The notes beneath the pieces were generated by a model. The model was given only the letters and a program-made list of their open reading frames with translations, searched no databases and was not told the origin of the DNA. 64,000 nucleotides of DNA from Promethearchaeota archaeon (GTDB taxonomy: Archaea > Asgardarchaeota > Lokiarchaeia > Sigyniarchaeales > SOKP01): the NCBI GenBank assembly GCA_048940925.1, contig JBHLOC010000009.1, positions 32,001-96,000 on the forward strand, read 5' to 3'. Made by a program: the position numbers and the translations under genes. Shown here piece after piece: positions 1-9,887 of this stretch (within the stretch, counting starts at the first letter, position 1; every line of letters starts with the position of its first letter).

Positions 1-509
1 GTTAATTCCTTTTTTACATTTACTAATCTTTGAGCACGGCATACGCAACCCAGTGGTTCGATAAATACCCCTTCTTCATATGATACAGTGTCATCTAAGA
101 CTATTACACCTTTTTTTTCAATATTAATTTTAGGAATTCGAACATATTCAGCAAAACCCCCAGGGTCATAATTTGTATTATGAAGTAAATCACAGGCCGT
201 ATGATGCCCTTGTTCGCAATAATGACATTCAAAACATGGAACGTGATGAGAAACAAATACTCGATCCCCAACTTTAAGGTGTCTTACATTTTCACCTACT
301 TCAACTATATCCCCAGCTATTTCATGACCCAAGATTAGAGAATTAACACCTAATTTTTTCATTTTTGCTTTTCGATAATATTCTAAGATATCAGAACCGC
401 ATATTCCTGACATTTTGATCCTAATTAAAATTTCTCCTGGACCAATTAGGGGTTTTTGCATTTCTGCTTCTCTTACATCATCATTACTAAAATATCGCGC
501 AACTTTCAT
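1..509 (-). CDS. Zn-dependent alcohol/sugar dehydrogenase (MDR family), runs off the window start
   Basis: Not in the ORF track. Hand translation from the ATG at 509 gives MKVARYFSND...GICGSD...LGHEIAG...VGDRV...CFECHYC...C, i.e. the catalytic and structural Zn motifs. Confidence 0.9.
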   Translation of the reverse strand, partial: MKVARYFSNDDVREAEMQKPLIGPGEILIRIKMSGICGSDILEYYRKAKMKKLGVNSLILGHEIAGDIVEVGENVRHLKVGDRVFVSHHVPCFECHYCEQGHHTACDLLHNTNYDPGGFAEYVRIPKINIEKKGVIVLDDTVSYEEGVFIEPLGCVCRAQRLVNVKKEL

Positions 510-605
510 AGTTCTATATAGAAAAATTTAATAATTTCACTATAACCTACTTCAATAAAATAATTTAAAGAGTTACTTAAGTTTTTCTGATATTGATAAG
601 GACTA

Positions 606-1544
606 TTAAAGAGATAGGATTTTCTCTAATTCTTCTTTTTTTACATTTAGTTGATCTGTTTCAGGTAATCTCTTTGTTAATATTCGCCAATTATTATCCT
701 TTTTAAAGATTTCTTTGAATAAAGGTAAAGCTTCATCAAGTTTTTGATGATTAGCTAATGTTACTGCTGTCCAATATTTCATCTCAAGATCATTGGGAAA
801 CATTTTTCTCGCAGTATTATATTCTTCAAAAGCTTTATTTATATTTCCCTTTTCAAATTCTTGGTCGCCTTTATCCAGATGATTATATGCTCTCCAAAGT
901 TTCAATAATCTATCCAATTCTTTTAAAGGTTCATTATGATCCTCCACTCTGATATCAATCAGTGGATCATCCCATTTGTTTTCTACTGGTTCACCTCTTA
1001 CTATTAGGATTGCAGCAGACTGCTTTCCTCTTATATCTCCCCCCACTGTCTCTGCAGCTTCCATAGATCTAATAATTCGTTCAGGTAACTGAAGATTTTT
1101 ATATTTTTGAAAAGCTTCTGCCATTTTTGGCCAAACTTTATCCGAAAGCATAAGATTTGCTTGAACTGAAAAATTATCTCCTATGTAATGCCCTGCATAT
1201 TTGATACACTTTGAACCAGTATGAGTAGCTACTCTCCCTTTAGCATCTAAAATAGCTAGTTGTCTTACATCTCTTCCATCATCATCTGAAAGCAAAATAT
1301 CTACTGCTTCTTGAGGTGTATTACCTTGCTTTAATAGTTCAAGTCCTCGTAAACCGAAAGATTTATTTACAAAAGATTGGGTAGCGACTACTCCTAGGCC
1401 AGATTCCCCCCACGACACAACTGAACCAACAGAAAAATAATGACTTTGAACACCTACCCCCATTTCTCCTGTAATGGGATCTCTTGCTACAATAGAATAG
1501 GTATGAACAAATCGAGATGTAATATTAAACTTTGTAATTTGCAT
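606..1544 (-). CDS. DUF1028 (Ntn-hydrolase-like) protein with C-terminal TPR
   Basis: TYSIVARD...GVGVQS...VATQS...GGDIRGKQSAA...IRVEDH motifs followed by TPR-like helices. Confidence 0.85.
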   Translation of the reverse strand: MQITKFNITSRFVHTYSIVARDPITGEMGVGVQSHYFSVGSVVSWGESGLGVVATQSFVNKSFGLRGLELLKQGNTPQEAVDILLSDDDGRDVRQLAILDAKGRVATHTGSKCIKYAGHYIGDNFSVQANLMLSDKVWPKMAEAFQKYKNLQLPERIIRSMEAAETVGGDIRGKQSAAILIVRGEPVENKWDDPLIDIRVEDHNEPLKELDRLLKLWRAYNHLDKGDQEFEKGNINKAFEEYNTARKMFPNDLEMKYWTAVTLANHQKLDEALPLFKEIFKKDNNWRILTKRLPETDQLNVKKEELEKILSL

Positions 1545-1656
1545 AATTCTATCCTTACAAGCATTCTTATTAAATTATTCTTAAGTACTATTTTTTTCGC
1601 TTAATAAAAAAGATATCAAAAATAAAAAGGATAAAAATATTATAAATTAGTTTTTT

Positions 1657-2310
1657 TCATTTGGTTATCCTGCGTCTTAACAGCTTAAACGCTATATCGG
1701 TACCCATCCCCTGTTTATAAGCTAATTCAATCCAAAGCATTGCAAGAGGTTCAGTAAGCCTTGCATTTGAGAGTGGTCCAACATCGATAACTTCAAAACC
1801 GAGATCGACTCCTAATTGTTTCACTTTTGATTTTGCTACGAAATCATCTCCACAAATAAACAAACTTGCTTGTTGTGAACCAAATTGCAATTTATTTAAA
1901 CTTTCTACTCCAATAGTATGAACAGTTTTTATTACCTTAGCTCCTACTGCCCATTTTGCAACTTTTTCAGCGGCAGATGGAGTAGGTCGTATTAAAGGAC
2001 CTCCTAAATGGGGAACAGCAGTAGTAGTAGAATCTACTAAAATTTTACCATCTAAATTACCCGCTTCTATGATTGATTCCTTTGCCCCTGACCATGGAAC
2101 TGCTAGGATAATAACAGCACCAAATTTTACAGCATCTTCGTATTTTCCACCACTTGCATTAGATCCTATGGAATTAGCTAACTTTTTAGCTTTCTCAGGA
2201 TCCCGAGAACCAAACATAATCGTATGGCCTTTCTCTGCCCAAATTTTTCCTAATGTACTACCCAATCTTCCAGTCCCAATTATCCCAATTCTCATTAATT
2301 CTTCCACCAT
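1657..2310 (-). CDS. NADPH-dependent F420 reductase / F420 oxidoreductase family
   Basis: IGIIGTGRLG Rossmann motif, GSRDP, ILAVPW, ICGDD, IDVGPL. Confidence 0.8.
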   Translation of the reverse strand: MVEELMRIGIIGTGRLGSTLGKIWAEKGHTIMFGSRDPEKAKKLANSIGSNASGGKYEDAVKFGAVIILAVPWSGAKESIIEAGNLDGKILVDSTTTAVPHLGGPLIRPTPSAAEKVAKWAVGAKVIKTVHTIGVESLNKLQFGSQQASLFICGDDFVAKSKVKQLGVDLGFEVIDVGPLSNARLTEPLAMLWIELAYKQGMGTDIAFKLLRRRITK

Positions 2311-2421
2311 GGATTACTTTATTTAAATATATAAAATTCTAATTCGCTCAATTTTAATTGAAAATATAATAGTTATATATTTATATCTTGAGCTGTAATG
2401 CAATTTTTATAAAAATTAAAA

Positions 2422-3015
2422 TTATATATTAATTAAAGCAGTTAGGATTTTTTTTGCTCTAACAGTATTAAAAATACCACATACGCATGGCCTTGCTAAC
2501 TTTTGTGCTGCTTTTTCAATAGTAATCTTTCGTTGTTTTATTAATTTTACATAATGGGAAATTGATTGTGGAGATATTGTGTGATGGCCACACATGGTAG
2601 TAATTTCTAAAATGGTTTCATCTGGTAATAGTTCTTTCTTACCAAATACTCCTAAGGAATAATGGATTGTATGGAGGGATAAACCAACTTCTTTAACTAC
2701 TTTTTCGATTTCAGATATTAAACCACTTACTACTATTGATATCCCAAAATCTTCTTTCTTGAGAATTTTTAAGACTTCTTTTACTGTTTCTATATCAGTA
2801 AATGTTGCAGTTATAGTAGGAGAGACTTTCCACCCAACTTCGGGCATAATATTTGTCGGATTATATTGCTTTAAGATTTCAGCAATCTTTATTAATTTTT
2901 GGCGCGAATCTGGATACTTATCATTAATACCAGATGCAAGCATGGCTAGAATTACAAAATCTCCCCTTAAATCTTCAATATTTCCTTTTCTATGTAAAGA
3001 GTGAGTCAATCGCAT
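2422..3015 (-). CDS. Conserved Cys-containing hypothetical protein, partner of the upstream ferredoxin-domain gene
   Basis: TMCGH and CVCGIFN motifs. GGAGGT ribosome-binding site 10 nt after the upstream stop. Confidence 0.65.
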   Translation of the reverse strand: MRLTHSLHRKGNIEDLRGDFVILAMLASGINDKYPDSRQKLIKIAEILKQYNPTNIMPEVGWKVSPTITATFTDIETVKEVLKILKKEDFGISIVVSGLISEIEKVVKEVGLSLHTIHYSLGVFGKKELLPDETILEITTMCGHHTISPQSISHYVKLIKQRKITIEKAAQKLARPCVCGIFNTVRAKKILTALINI

Positions 3016-3025
3016 TACCTCCTTT

Positions 3026-3727
3026 TTATGGTCTTCCTAACCCAATATTTACTTTGGCATTTGGTCTAACATTAAAGCCCTCTTGCTTTAATAAATTAAT
3101 AATCTGGACTTTTTCACTTTCGATAATTCTTGAAACAATACCAACTGAAAAAACTGTGTCAATTCTTTTATCTATATCTTTTATTAGATCAAGAACTTTA
3201 CGAACTTTATTTTTAGGGACTTTAAATTCTATAATCGTAGAAAGGACTTTTTCATTTTTTATTTCTTCTTTAATATTTCCTTGGTTATTAATTAAAAGTG
3301 CAGTAACTGGACTTTCAGGTTCAAATTCCACACCTATTTTTGCTAATTGGGTTGTAAATAATTCAATATTTCTAAGATAAGTTCCTACTCCTGGTCGACC
3401 CAATTCAATGGAAAATCCAATTTCTCCGATATTAAATCTATCTGTAACGTCGTTTGTTTTCATTTCTTCTGTACCTCGTCCAGCAATGCCAGTAATCTTA
3501 TGTGTGGCAATCACATTGCTAAACGGACTTCTAATTATTCTTGGCCATTTTAATCGTGTGGTTCTGATTGCATTAACCGGACACTCAACACTTCTATAAC
3601 AGACACCGCATTCAACACATACTTCATAATCTATAGAAGCTCTCTTATCAACTAATTTAATAGCCTGAACAGGGCATACAATAACACATTGCCCACAACC
3701 TGTGCAAATTTCTCTATTTATATCCAT
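3026..3727 (-). CDS. 4Fe-4S dicluster domain protein
   Basis: CTGCGQCVIVCP and CVECGVC...CP. Confidence 0.85.
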   Translation of the reverse strand: MDINREICTGCGQCVIVCPVQAIKLVDKRASIDYEVCVECGVCYRSVECPVNAIRTTRLKWPRIIRSPFSNVIATHKITGIAGRGTEEMKTNDVTDRFNIGEIGFSIELGRPGVGTYLRNIELFTTQLAKIGVEFEPESPVTALLINNQGNIKEEIKNEKVLSTIIEFKVPKNKVRKVLDLIKDIDKRIDTVFSVGIVSRIIESEKVQIINLLKQEGFNVRPNAKVNIGLGRP

Positions 3728-3767
3728 AATTATTGCATTTTTTGATAGATTAGTTTTAATATTAGAT

Positions 3768-5024
3768 TTAGTTAGATTTAATGTTTTCTATATCTTTAGG
3801 TAATGTCCTAAAAATAGGTATAATCAAAAGTGTACACATTAATGCCATTATTGATAAAATTAAATAACCTGGACTATAGAGATTGTTGAATCTTATAAAG
3901 AATTGTCCAAGTAATAATAAACTTATACTCCTACCAAATGTATATGATAAATAATTAAGTGAGTATATTGTAGTTCTAATCTGAGGGGGATTAATTCCGA
4001 GTGTAGCCTGAGTTAACGGGTCAATACCACCAAATAGAAAGGCTCCTCCCAATGCGAGAATAATAAATAGAATAAGAATTGGAAATTCATATGATATGAA
4101 AAACAATAAAAATGCTATAATATAGAGGATTGACCCGCTTGAAAGACATATAAAAACAATTTTCATCCTACCTTTTTTATCGGTTTCATATTTTTTGTCC
4201 CCTAATTTTCCAAATATGGGCCCTGCTGGAATTTGTGAACCAAAAATTATGATTAAGAAAATTGTTGCAAGAGTAGAGTTAACTCCATAATCATTTTTTA
4301 GCATTGAGATGAAAAAAGAGGATATTGCACCTATCGATATGAACATCGCAAAATTCAATAATAATATCCAAATTGTTGATTTCACTTCCCAGATTCGCTT
4401 TAGATCTTTGAATTTTATCTCATATCCTATTCCAATAGCACTCTCATCAATAGCTTTATAAAACTCATCTTTTTCACCTCTTAATGGCTCATCGATTAAA
4501 AATAATAATACTGTACACACAAATCCGCATAAAGAGACAATTAATATCGGTATTTGCCATGTATAATAATCAATTAAGAATCCAGAAAGTATTTGACCTA
4601 GACCATTTCCTAAAACATAAATAGCACTTAAATCCCCGAATTTTTTACCACGACTTTCTGAATCCACTAGATCAGTGATTAATGAGAAAATTAAAGGTAA
4701 AGCCGCTCCAAATCCGATAGCTGTGATTAGTTGATATATTAGAAGACTAAGAAAATTGGTTGAGAATATTGTTAATAAAGTTAGAATTGACCATTCCAAT
4801 GTACTTATAATTAGCAAAATTTTCCTTGGAAATTTATCCCCTAATAATGCCCAAAAAAGAGAACTTATAGCACCAACCATTAAAAACATTGCATTAATAA
4901 AAGCAACCTGACTTTCATTAAAACCTAATGCGGAAGAAATTTCAAAAGCCATTGGTGTAATTATACTAAACAGAGTTGATGAAAAAAGGGTCAAGATAGC
5001 TAAAATTTGTGTATTTTTTACCAT
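3768..5024 (-). CDS. MFS transporter
   Basis: About 12 hydrophobic segments and motif A-like LGDKFPRK. Confidence 0.9.
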   Translation of the reverse strand: MVKNTQILAILTLFSSTLFSIITPMAFEISSALGFNESQVAFINAMFLMVGAISSLFWALLGDKFPRKILLIISTLEWSILTLLTIFSTNFLSLLIYQLITAIGFGAALPLIFSLITDLVDSESRGKKFGDLSAIYVLGNGLGQILSGFLIDYYTWQIPILIVSLCGFVCTVLLFLIDEPLRGEKDEFYKAIDESAIGIGYEIKFKDLKRIWEVKSTIWILLLNFAMFISIGAISSFFISMLKNDYGVNSTLATIFLIIIFGSQIPAGPIFGKLGDKKYETDKKGRMKIVFICLSSGSILYIIAFLLFFISYEFPILILFIILALGGAFLFGGIDPLTQATLGINPPQIRTTIYSLNYLSYTFGRSISLLLLGQFFIRFNNLYSPGYLILSIMALMCTLLIIPIFRTLPKDIENIKSN

Positions 5025-5177
5025 AATAACTCTCTTTTTATTTTTTTTCTGATTCCTATTGTGTTATCTATATATTTAATATTTGAATTATTCTTATACG
5101 GTAATTTTTAATTTCTTAATCAAATACACTTTAAATAAGAAAACTTTAATTGAAAAAGAGTAAAAAAAAAAGTAGGA

Positions 5178-5381
5178 TTAATTATGTTTATTCGATTTAC
5201 TTCTTATCAGCATTTTAAAATTCTCATCATCTAAATCCTTATACATTTTCAATTCATTTGTTAAAAAATCATTCAAGGCAATTCTTATCGCCTCACTTCT
5301 AGAAGGATAAATTCCCATATCGTTTAGAATTTGAATAGCCTGCAAATATTTTTCTGGTAAATTGATTGTTATTATCTTCAT
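5178..5381 (-). CDS. Ribbon-helix-helix (CopG-like) regulator
   Basis: MKIITINLP...YPSRSEAIRIAL. Confidence 0.85.
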   Translation of the reverse strand: MKIITINLPEKYLQAIQILNDMGIYPSRSEAIRIALNDFLTNELKMYKDLDDENFKMLIRSKSNKHN

Positions 5382-5631
5382 TTAACACAACCCCTTTGTT
5401 CAAAAACTTGAAATAATTCTTAAAATTAAATGCTATACTTGATATATTTTGTCGGGTTGTTTATAAATTGAATATATTAATCCTTTAATTATATTAATTG
5501 TTTAATGGCTAACGAATATGTCTTTTTTAGATTTCTAATAAAGATTAATATGTAAAAGCAATAATATATAATACTTTTAGCTTTTTTTTTAGAATAAAAT
5601 AAAAAATTTAAAAGAATATATTATTACAGAT

Positions 5632-6390
5632 TTATGGTCGATTAAAAGATTTAATATGAAGTAATAGCGAAAATGCTGATTTGTATAAATCAGAATGGCT
5701 TACTTCTTTTATATCTTTCAAATATGTAATACTGTAATCTTCTTCTCGTTTTAAGTAAGTAATATTCTTAGTTTTGTGTTCATTATCCAAAACTACATCG
5801 ATTTTTAATATTTTTTTATTCAATTGAGTAGGTAATTGGGGCATCATATTGAAACTATATATTATATCTGAATCCTCGTCATTTTTGGCATCAATAACAA
5901 AAAGTAAATTTGGTTCAGCAACTGCTAGGAAACTTTCTAAAGAATGATAGAGATCATCCACTCTTACCGTTAATTTAGAATTATTTTCAACATCAAATAT
6001 ACTACAATCACTAATCATAGGGAAAATGAATTTTTCTTTTCCTCGAAATGCTAGACTCATTTCATTAGGATTTAGAAATTCCTTTATAGTAGGAGCATCT
6101 TTTTCTAATAAAAATTCACTAGATATTGGTTCACTTTTTACATAAACTATTAGCGAACCAGTAGATATCATATTTATTTTTTGGTAATAAATCTTAAAAA
6201 TAGGGTTGTATGGTAAATTTATTATCTCTTTATTACCCCCCAATCCAAATTGCGCTAAAATGTTTGTAGGCACTTGGCTAGTTAGTGTAAATAACAAAAA
6301 CGACCGAAAAGTTTGGAGTTCAATAAAATTGGTAAAATTCTTGAAATTTTCATGAATTTCATCTATTTTTTGCTTTAATTCATCTGACAT
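5632..6390 (-). CDS. Hypothetical protein
   Basis: 252-aa ORF with no recognised motif. Confidence 0.7.
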   Translation of the reverse strand: MSDELKQKIDEIHENFKNFTNFIELQTFRSFLLFTLTSQVPTNILAQFGLGGNKEIINLPYNPIFKIYYQKINMISTGSLIVYVKSEPISSEFLLEKDAPTIKEFLNPNEMSLAFRGKEKFIFPMISDCSIFDVENNSKLTVRVDDLYHSLESFLAVAEPNLLFVIDAKNDEDSDIIYSFNMMPQLPTQLNKKILKIDVVLDNEHKTKNITYLKREEDYSITYLKDIKEVSHSDLYKSAFSLLLHIKSFNRP

Positions 6391-6455
6391 TTTTACATGT
6401 TCTAAGATAATTTTTTTAAAAGGTTATGTCAATGAATTAAGAATAATAATTAAAT

Positions 6456-6878
6456 CTAACCATTCAAATATTTTGAGAGGAATTCTTCTAAAGAATCTTT
6501 AACATCTGGTGTAATATGATGCTCAATTTCACAAGATAACTCATCTATCACTTCTTTATTTTGTATTTTCAAAACCTTTGCAAAAAATTTATATAACAAA
6601 GAATGTATTTCGCTTAATTGCATAGCAATTTCTTTTCCTTTATCAGTTAATCTTATAGCTTTTCTTGGTTCCCATTTGATTAAACCTTTATTTTTTAATT
6701 TCTCCAGCATCCCGGTTACAGAGGGAGGTTCAATCTGAAGTCTTTCAGCGATTTCTTTATTGGTTACCCAACCACCCTTTTTTTTATGTGAAATATTATG
6801 AATCTCATCTAAATATCTTTGATAACTCTCAGGAATGTCTGAAAACTCGGTAGTTTTTTTATTACTTTTTTTTGTCAT
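6456..6878 (-). CDS. DtxR/MntR-family metal-dependent repressor
   Basis: IAERLQIEPPSVTGMLEKL helix-turn-helix, LTDKG, CEIEHHI. Confidence 0.9.
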   Translation of the reverse strand: MTKKSNKKTTEFSDIPESYQRYLDEIHNISHKKKGGWVTNKEIAERLQIEPPSVTGMLEKLKNKGLIKWEPRKAIRLTDKGKEIAMQLSEIHSLLYKFFAKVLKIQNKEVIDELSCEIEHHITPDVKDSLEEFLSKYLNG

Positions 6879-7099
6879 ATCTAAATGAAAATTTTAAATA
6901 TTTGATAAAAATTTAAGCTTGCTTACAAGAATGATAACATCAATCATACTTTAATTTTCTTTCTTTTAATAAAAGTGATTTTATGAATTTTATTTTTAGC
7001 ATTTAAGAAAAATAAATACTGTTCAAATTATTAAAGAATTTATATCTAAATTGAACTTTATAAGAATATAGAATATTAAAATATTAGTTCAAGAAGTAA

Positions 7100-7672
7100 A
7101 TGGCAAAAGATTTTCCTGGTATTTTATTTTTGGTAGTTGGAAATTCTGGAGCGGGTAAAGATTCTATTATTTCTGGTTTAATTAATCAATATCCTTCAAA
7201 TTTAAAAAAAATTTATGCTCCTAAAAGATATATAACTAGACCTCCATCTGAAACTGAAAAAAATTTCTCCATTTCAACATTAGATTTCAAACAAATGGAA
7301 AAAAGGGGAAAATTTGCTTTTAAGTGGCATATTTATAGTTTAGATTATGGAATACCCATAGATATTGAAAATTGGCTTAAGAAAGGGCATCCAGTTATTA
7401 TTAATGTGAGTCGTACTATTGTAAAAGAAGCTAAAGAAAAATATAAAAACGTCAAGGTTATATTTATTTATGTTCCTTTTGATTTAACTTATATAAGAAT
7501 TAAAGATCGAAAAAGAGAAAGTAAGAAATTATTAAATGAAAGAATTGAACGAGCTAGAAATAATCAAACGTTTCCAGAAGCAGACTTCATAGTAGATAAT
7601 TCCGGAAAGCTTTATGATGCTATTAATCAACTTTTAGATTATATAATTAAAATAGTACAAAATACTTCTTAA
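7100..7672 (+). CDS. phnN: Ribose 1,5-bisphosphokinase (guanylate kinase-like)
   Basis: VVGNSGAGKDS, RYITRP, WHIYSLDYGIP, INVSR. Confidence 0.8.
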   Translation: MAKDFPGILFLVVGNSGAGKDSIISGLINQYPSNLKKIYAPKRYITRPPSETEKNFSISTLDFKQMEKRGKFAFKWHIYSLDYGIPIDIENWLKKGHPVIINVSRTIVKEAKEKYKNVKVIFIYVPFDLTYIRIKDRKRESKKLLNERIERARNNQTFPEADFIVDNSGKLYDAINQLLDYIIKIVQNTS

Positions 7673-7770
7673 TCAAAAATAGATAAAATTTTTTTTTAAA
7701 GAATAATTACTTTTAGTAATTTTCAGATAAATCTTATGGCCCGGTTTGTATAGTGGTTAGTATTGGGGAC

Positions 7771-7796
7771 ATTTCTAGTTGTTATAGAAACCCTAA
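7771..7796 (+). other. tRNA intron 1, 26 nt, position 32/33
   Basis: Central helix GGGG/CCCT, bulges AC^A and AA^T, inner stem TTTCTA/TAGAAA. Outer helix is weak (relaxed BHB). Confidence 0.88.
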
Positions 7797-7821
7797 TGTG
7801 AATCCCTAGAGACGGGTTCAA

Positions 7822-7851
7822 ATAATGAGAATTTTCTTCTCATTGGAACAA
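7822..7851 (+). other. tRNA intron 2, 30 nt, T-loop position 58/59
   Basis: Central helix GTTC/GAAC, bulges AA^A and AA^T, inner stem TAATGAGAA/TTCTCATTG. Confidence 0.9.
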
Positions 7852-7867
7852 TTCCCGTACCGGGCCC

Positions 7868-7880
7868 TTTTTTTCTCTTT
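7868..7880 (+). terminator. Oligo-T archaeal terminator after the tRNA
   Basis: TTTTTTTCTCTTT directly after the tRNA 3' end. Confidence 0.55.
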
Positions 7881-7970
7881 AGAAATGTAGTCTCTTATCT
7901 TAAAAATGGTAAAATAATAATACATTAAAGAGTTTTATTTACAATAATAGACTTAGTTCTTAAAATAAGT

Positions 7971-8426
7971 ATGATAAAGTTAGATCAAGATAAACTTCGC
8001 GATTTATTAGGTTGGGAAAAAAATGCCCCAGTTCCAATCTGTATGGGTGGTGATTATCGAGCCTTAACTTTTTGCTGTAAACCAGGATATTCACTAACAT
8101 TTGGGTTTAAATGTAAAAGAGATGAGACATTACGAGAAATTGGTTTATCCTCTGAAGATTTTATAAAAATAAAAGAGGATTTTTCTAAAGAAAATAATTG
8201 GGATTCAGAAATAGTGTGCTTTGGATCTATTTCTTATTGTTGTATGAGACGGAATGGATGTCCAAGGAGAGATACTGCTCTATTAGAACGATATCCAAAT
8301 ATGACAATGGAAAAAATAATGGTACTATATTTTAAAAAGAAAAAGGAACTTTCAAAAAAAATTTTACAATTTGTTAAAGATACGAGCGGAAAAAAGAAGG
8401 TAAAACCATATTTAGATTTATTCTAA
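7971..8426 (+). CDS. Cys-rich protein resembling the methanogenesis marker 9 domain
   Basis: W..APVPICMGGDYRALTFCCKP...C...CFGSISYCC...CPRRD. Confidence 0.7.
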   Translation: MIKLDQDKLRDLLGWEKNAPVPICMGGDYRALTFCCKPGYSLTFGFKCKRDETLREIGLSSEDFIKIKEDFSKENNWDSEIVCFGSISYCCMRRNGCPRRDTALLERYPNMTMEKIMVLYFKKKKELSKKILQFVKDTSGKKKVKPYLDLF

Positions 8427-8500
8427 GATTTTGACTTAAGTTCCTTTTTTTCAGATTATTAATAGGAAATTTTATAAATTACAAATTTTTCACTTAATGA

Positions 8501-8662
8501 ATGATGCTTGAACAAGTTATGCCCCATCCAAGTAGACCAGAACTTTATATAAACGAGGTTATTACCCCTCATAATGAGGTTAAGGAAAGCGACAAAATGG
8601 AAGTAAATCGTATTCTTTTAGAAGAAGTCGCTAAGAGAAGAAGTGTAAAAATGGTTCATTAA
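8501..8662 (+). CDS. Small hypothetical protein, 53 aa
   Basis: Below the ORF-track cutoff: MMLEQVMPHPSRPELYINEVITPHNEVKESDKMEVNRILLEEVAKRRSVKMVH. Coding-like composition filling an AT-rich gap. Confidence 0.55.
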   Translation: MMLEQVMPHPSRPELYINEVITPHNEVKESDKMEVNRILLEEVAKRRSVKMVH

Positions 8663-8706
8663 ACTACTAATATTATGAGTGAAATACTAATTAGAAAAAA
8701 ATAGAA

Positions 8707-9732
8707 TTATAATTTTAGATCTATTTTTGTGCAAATTAACGGAACCAAGTATATAGCTATAAAACCTACAATAGCATATCTCACAAATCTATAAATAACA
8801 CTATCTATCTTTAATAAGTAATCAAGGGGCAAGAATACAGCGAATATAATTATTATACCGATGACAATATTTATTATTTTGATTTTATTATTCAGTTCTG
8901 ACGGATTATATTGAACAAATTCCTGTTCTAAGAGATATCCAATACCCAATCCTAATAATGCCCCACTAGTTTGGGCGAAAGCCCCTTCATCTCTATAAAG
9001 GAGGGGAGGATCAACTAAATTTAATCCTGCTGACGGAAACATTAATGTTCCAAAGAGAAATAGCCCCATACACACTCCAACAACTAGAATTATTTTTATG
9101 ACAAAAGATAGTTTATTGAATTGTTTAGAAAAAATCGGTTCTAGATAAATAAAAGCTAAAATAAAACCAATTCCAAATAATAGCCCTCCAATCACATCTT
9201 GAAGGTCATGGACTCCAATAATTAGTCTTGATATCGCAACAAGAAAGATTAGAGCAGAAAGGATGAGAGGCACAATAGAAATTGCTTTGTATTTATACTT
9301 ATCCTTAAATTCATAAGATATATATCCCCAAAAAGTTACAGCATTTTGAGAATGGGTTGAAGGAAATCCATATGATGTCTCTATTAACCCATAATCTTCT
9401 GTTGAATCTTCATTTGTAGTTGGTCGTGGATCTTTAAATATTTCTTTGATTAATCCACCTAAATAATATGAAAATAGTAGACTTAAACCCAGATTCTTAG
9501 CAAAAGACTTATTATAAGCTAAAAATAAGACCAATATGATGATAATGAATACAGTAGGATCGCCTAGATAAGTAATAATTCCAAATATAGTTCGAATTGT
9601 AGAATTTGAACTATAAAATTCTTCATTGAATCCAGTATAATACAAGATGATTCCAACAATCAGAATTGCTAATGCTGTAGCTCCAATGATCAATAATGCT
9701 CGTTTAGACAAAAAATTTTCTTTTTCAGACAT
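8707..9732 (-). CDS. PAP2-family membrane phosphatase
   Basis: K..FKDPRP, GFPSTHS and SRLIIGVH motifs C1-C3. Confidence 0.9.
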   Translation of the reverse strand: MSEKENFLSKRALLIIGATALAILIVGIILYYTGFNEEFYSSNSTIRTIFGIITYLGDPTVFIIIILVLFLAYNKSFAKNLGLSLLFSYYLGGLIKEIFKDPRPTTNEDSTEDYGLIETSYGFPSTHSQNAVTFWGYISYEFKDKYKYKAISIVPLILSALIFLVAISRLIIGVHDLQDVIGGLLFGIGFILAFIYLEPIFSKQFNKLSFVIKIILVVGVCMGLFLFGTLMFPSAGLNLVDPPLLYRDEGAFAQTSGALLGLGIGYLLEQEFVQYNPSELNNKIKIINIVIGIIIIFAVFLPLDYLLKIDSVIYRFVRYAIVGFIAIYLVPLICTKIDLKL

Positions 9733-9887
9733 TTTTGCTTTAAATAGAGAATTAAGTTAAAAATTTATACATCATAAAAATTAATAAATGTTTTGATTAC
9801 TGCATAATATCAACTAAGTTATGGATTACAAAATTTAGGAAAAAATTCACTAAAGTTATATTAACTGAAAACAACTAAGAAGATTAG

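Larger units (their letters stand above)
7738..7866 (+). tRNA. tRNA-His(GUG) with two non-canonical introns
   Basis: G-1 at 7738, acceptor stem GCCCGGT/ACCGGGC, discriminator C. Removing 7771-7796 and 7822-7851 gives anticodon arm GGGGA-CTGTGAA-TCCCT and T arm ACGGG-TTCAATT-CCCGT. Confidence 0.93.
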
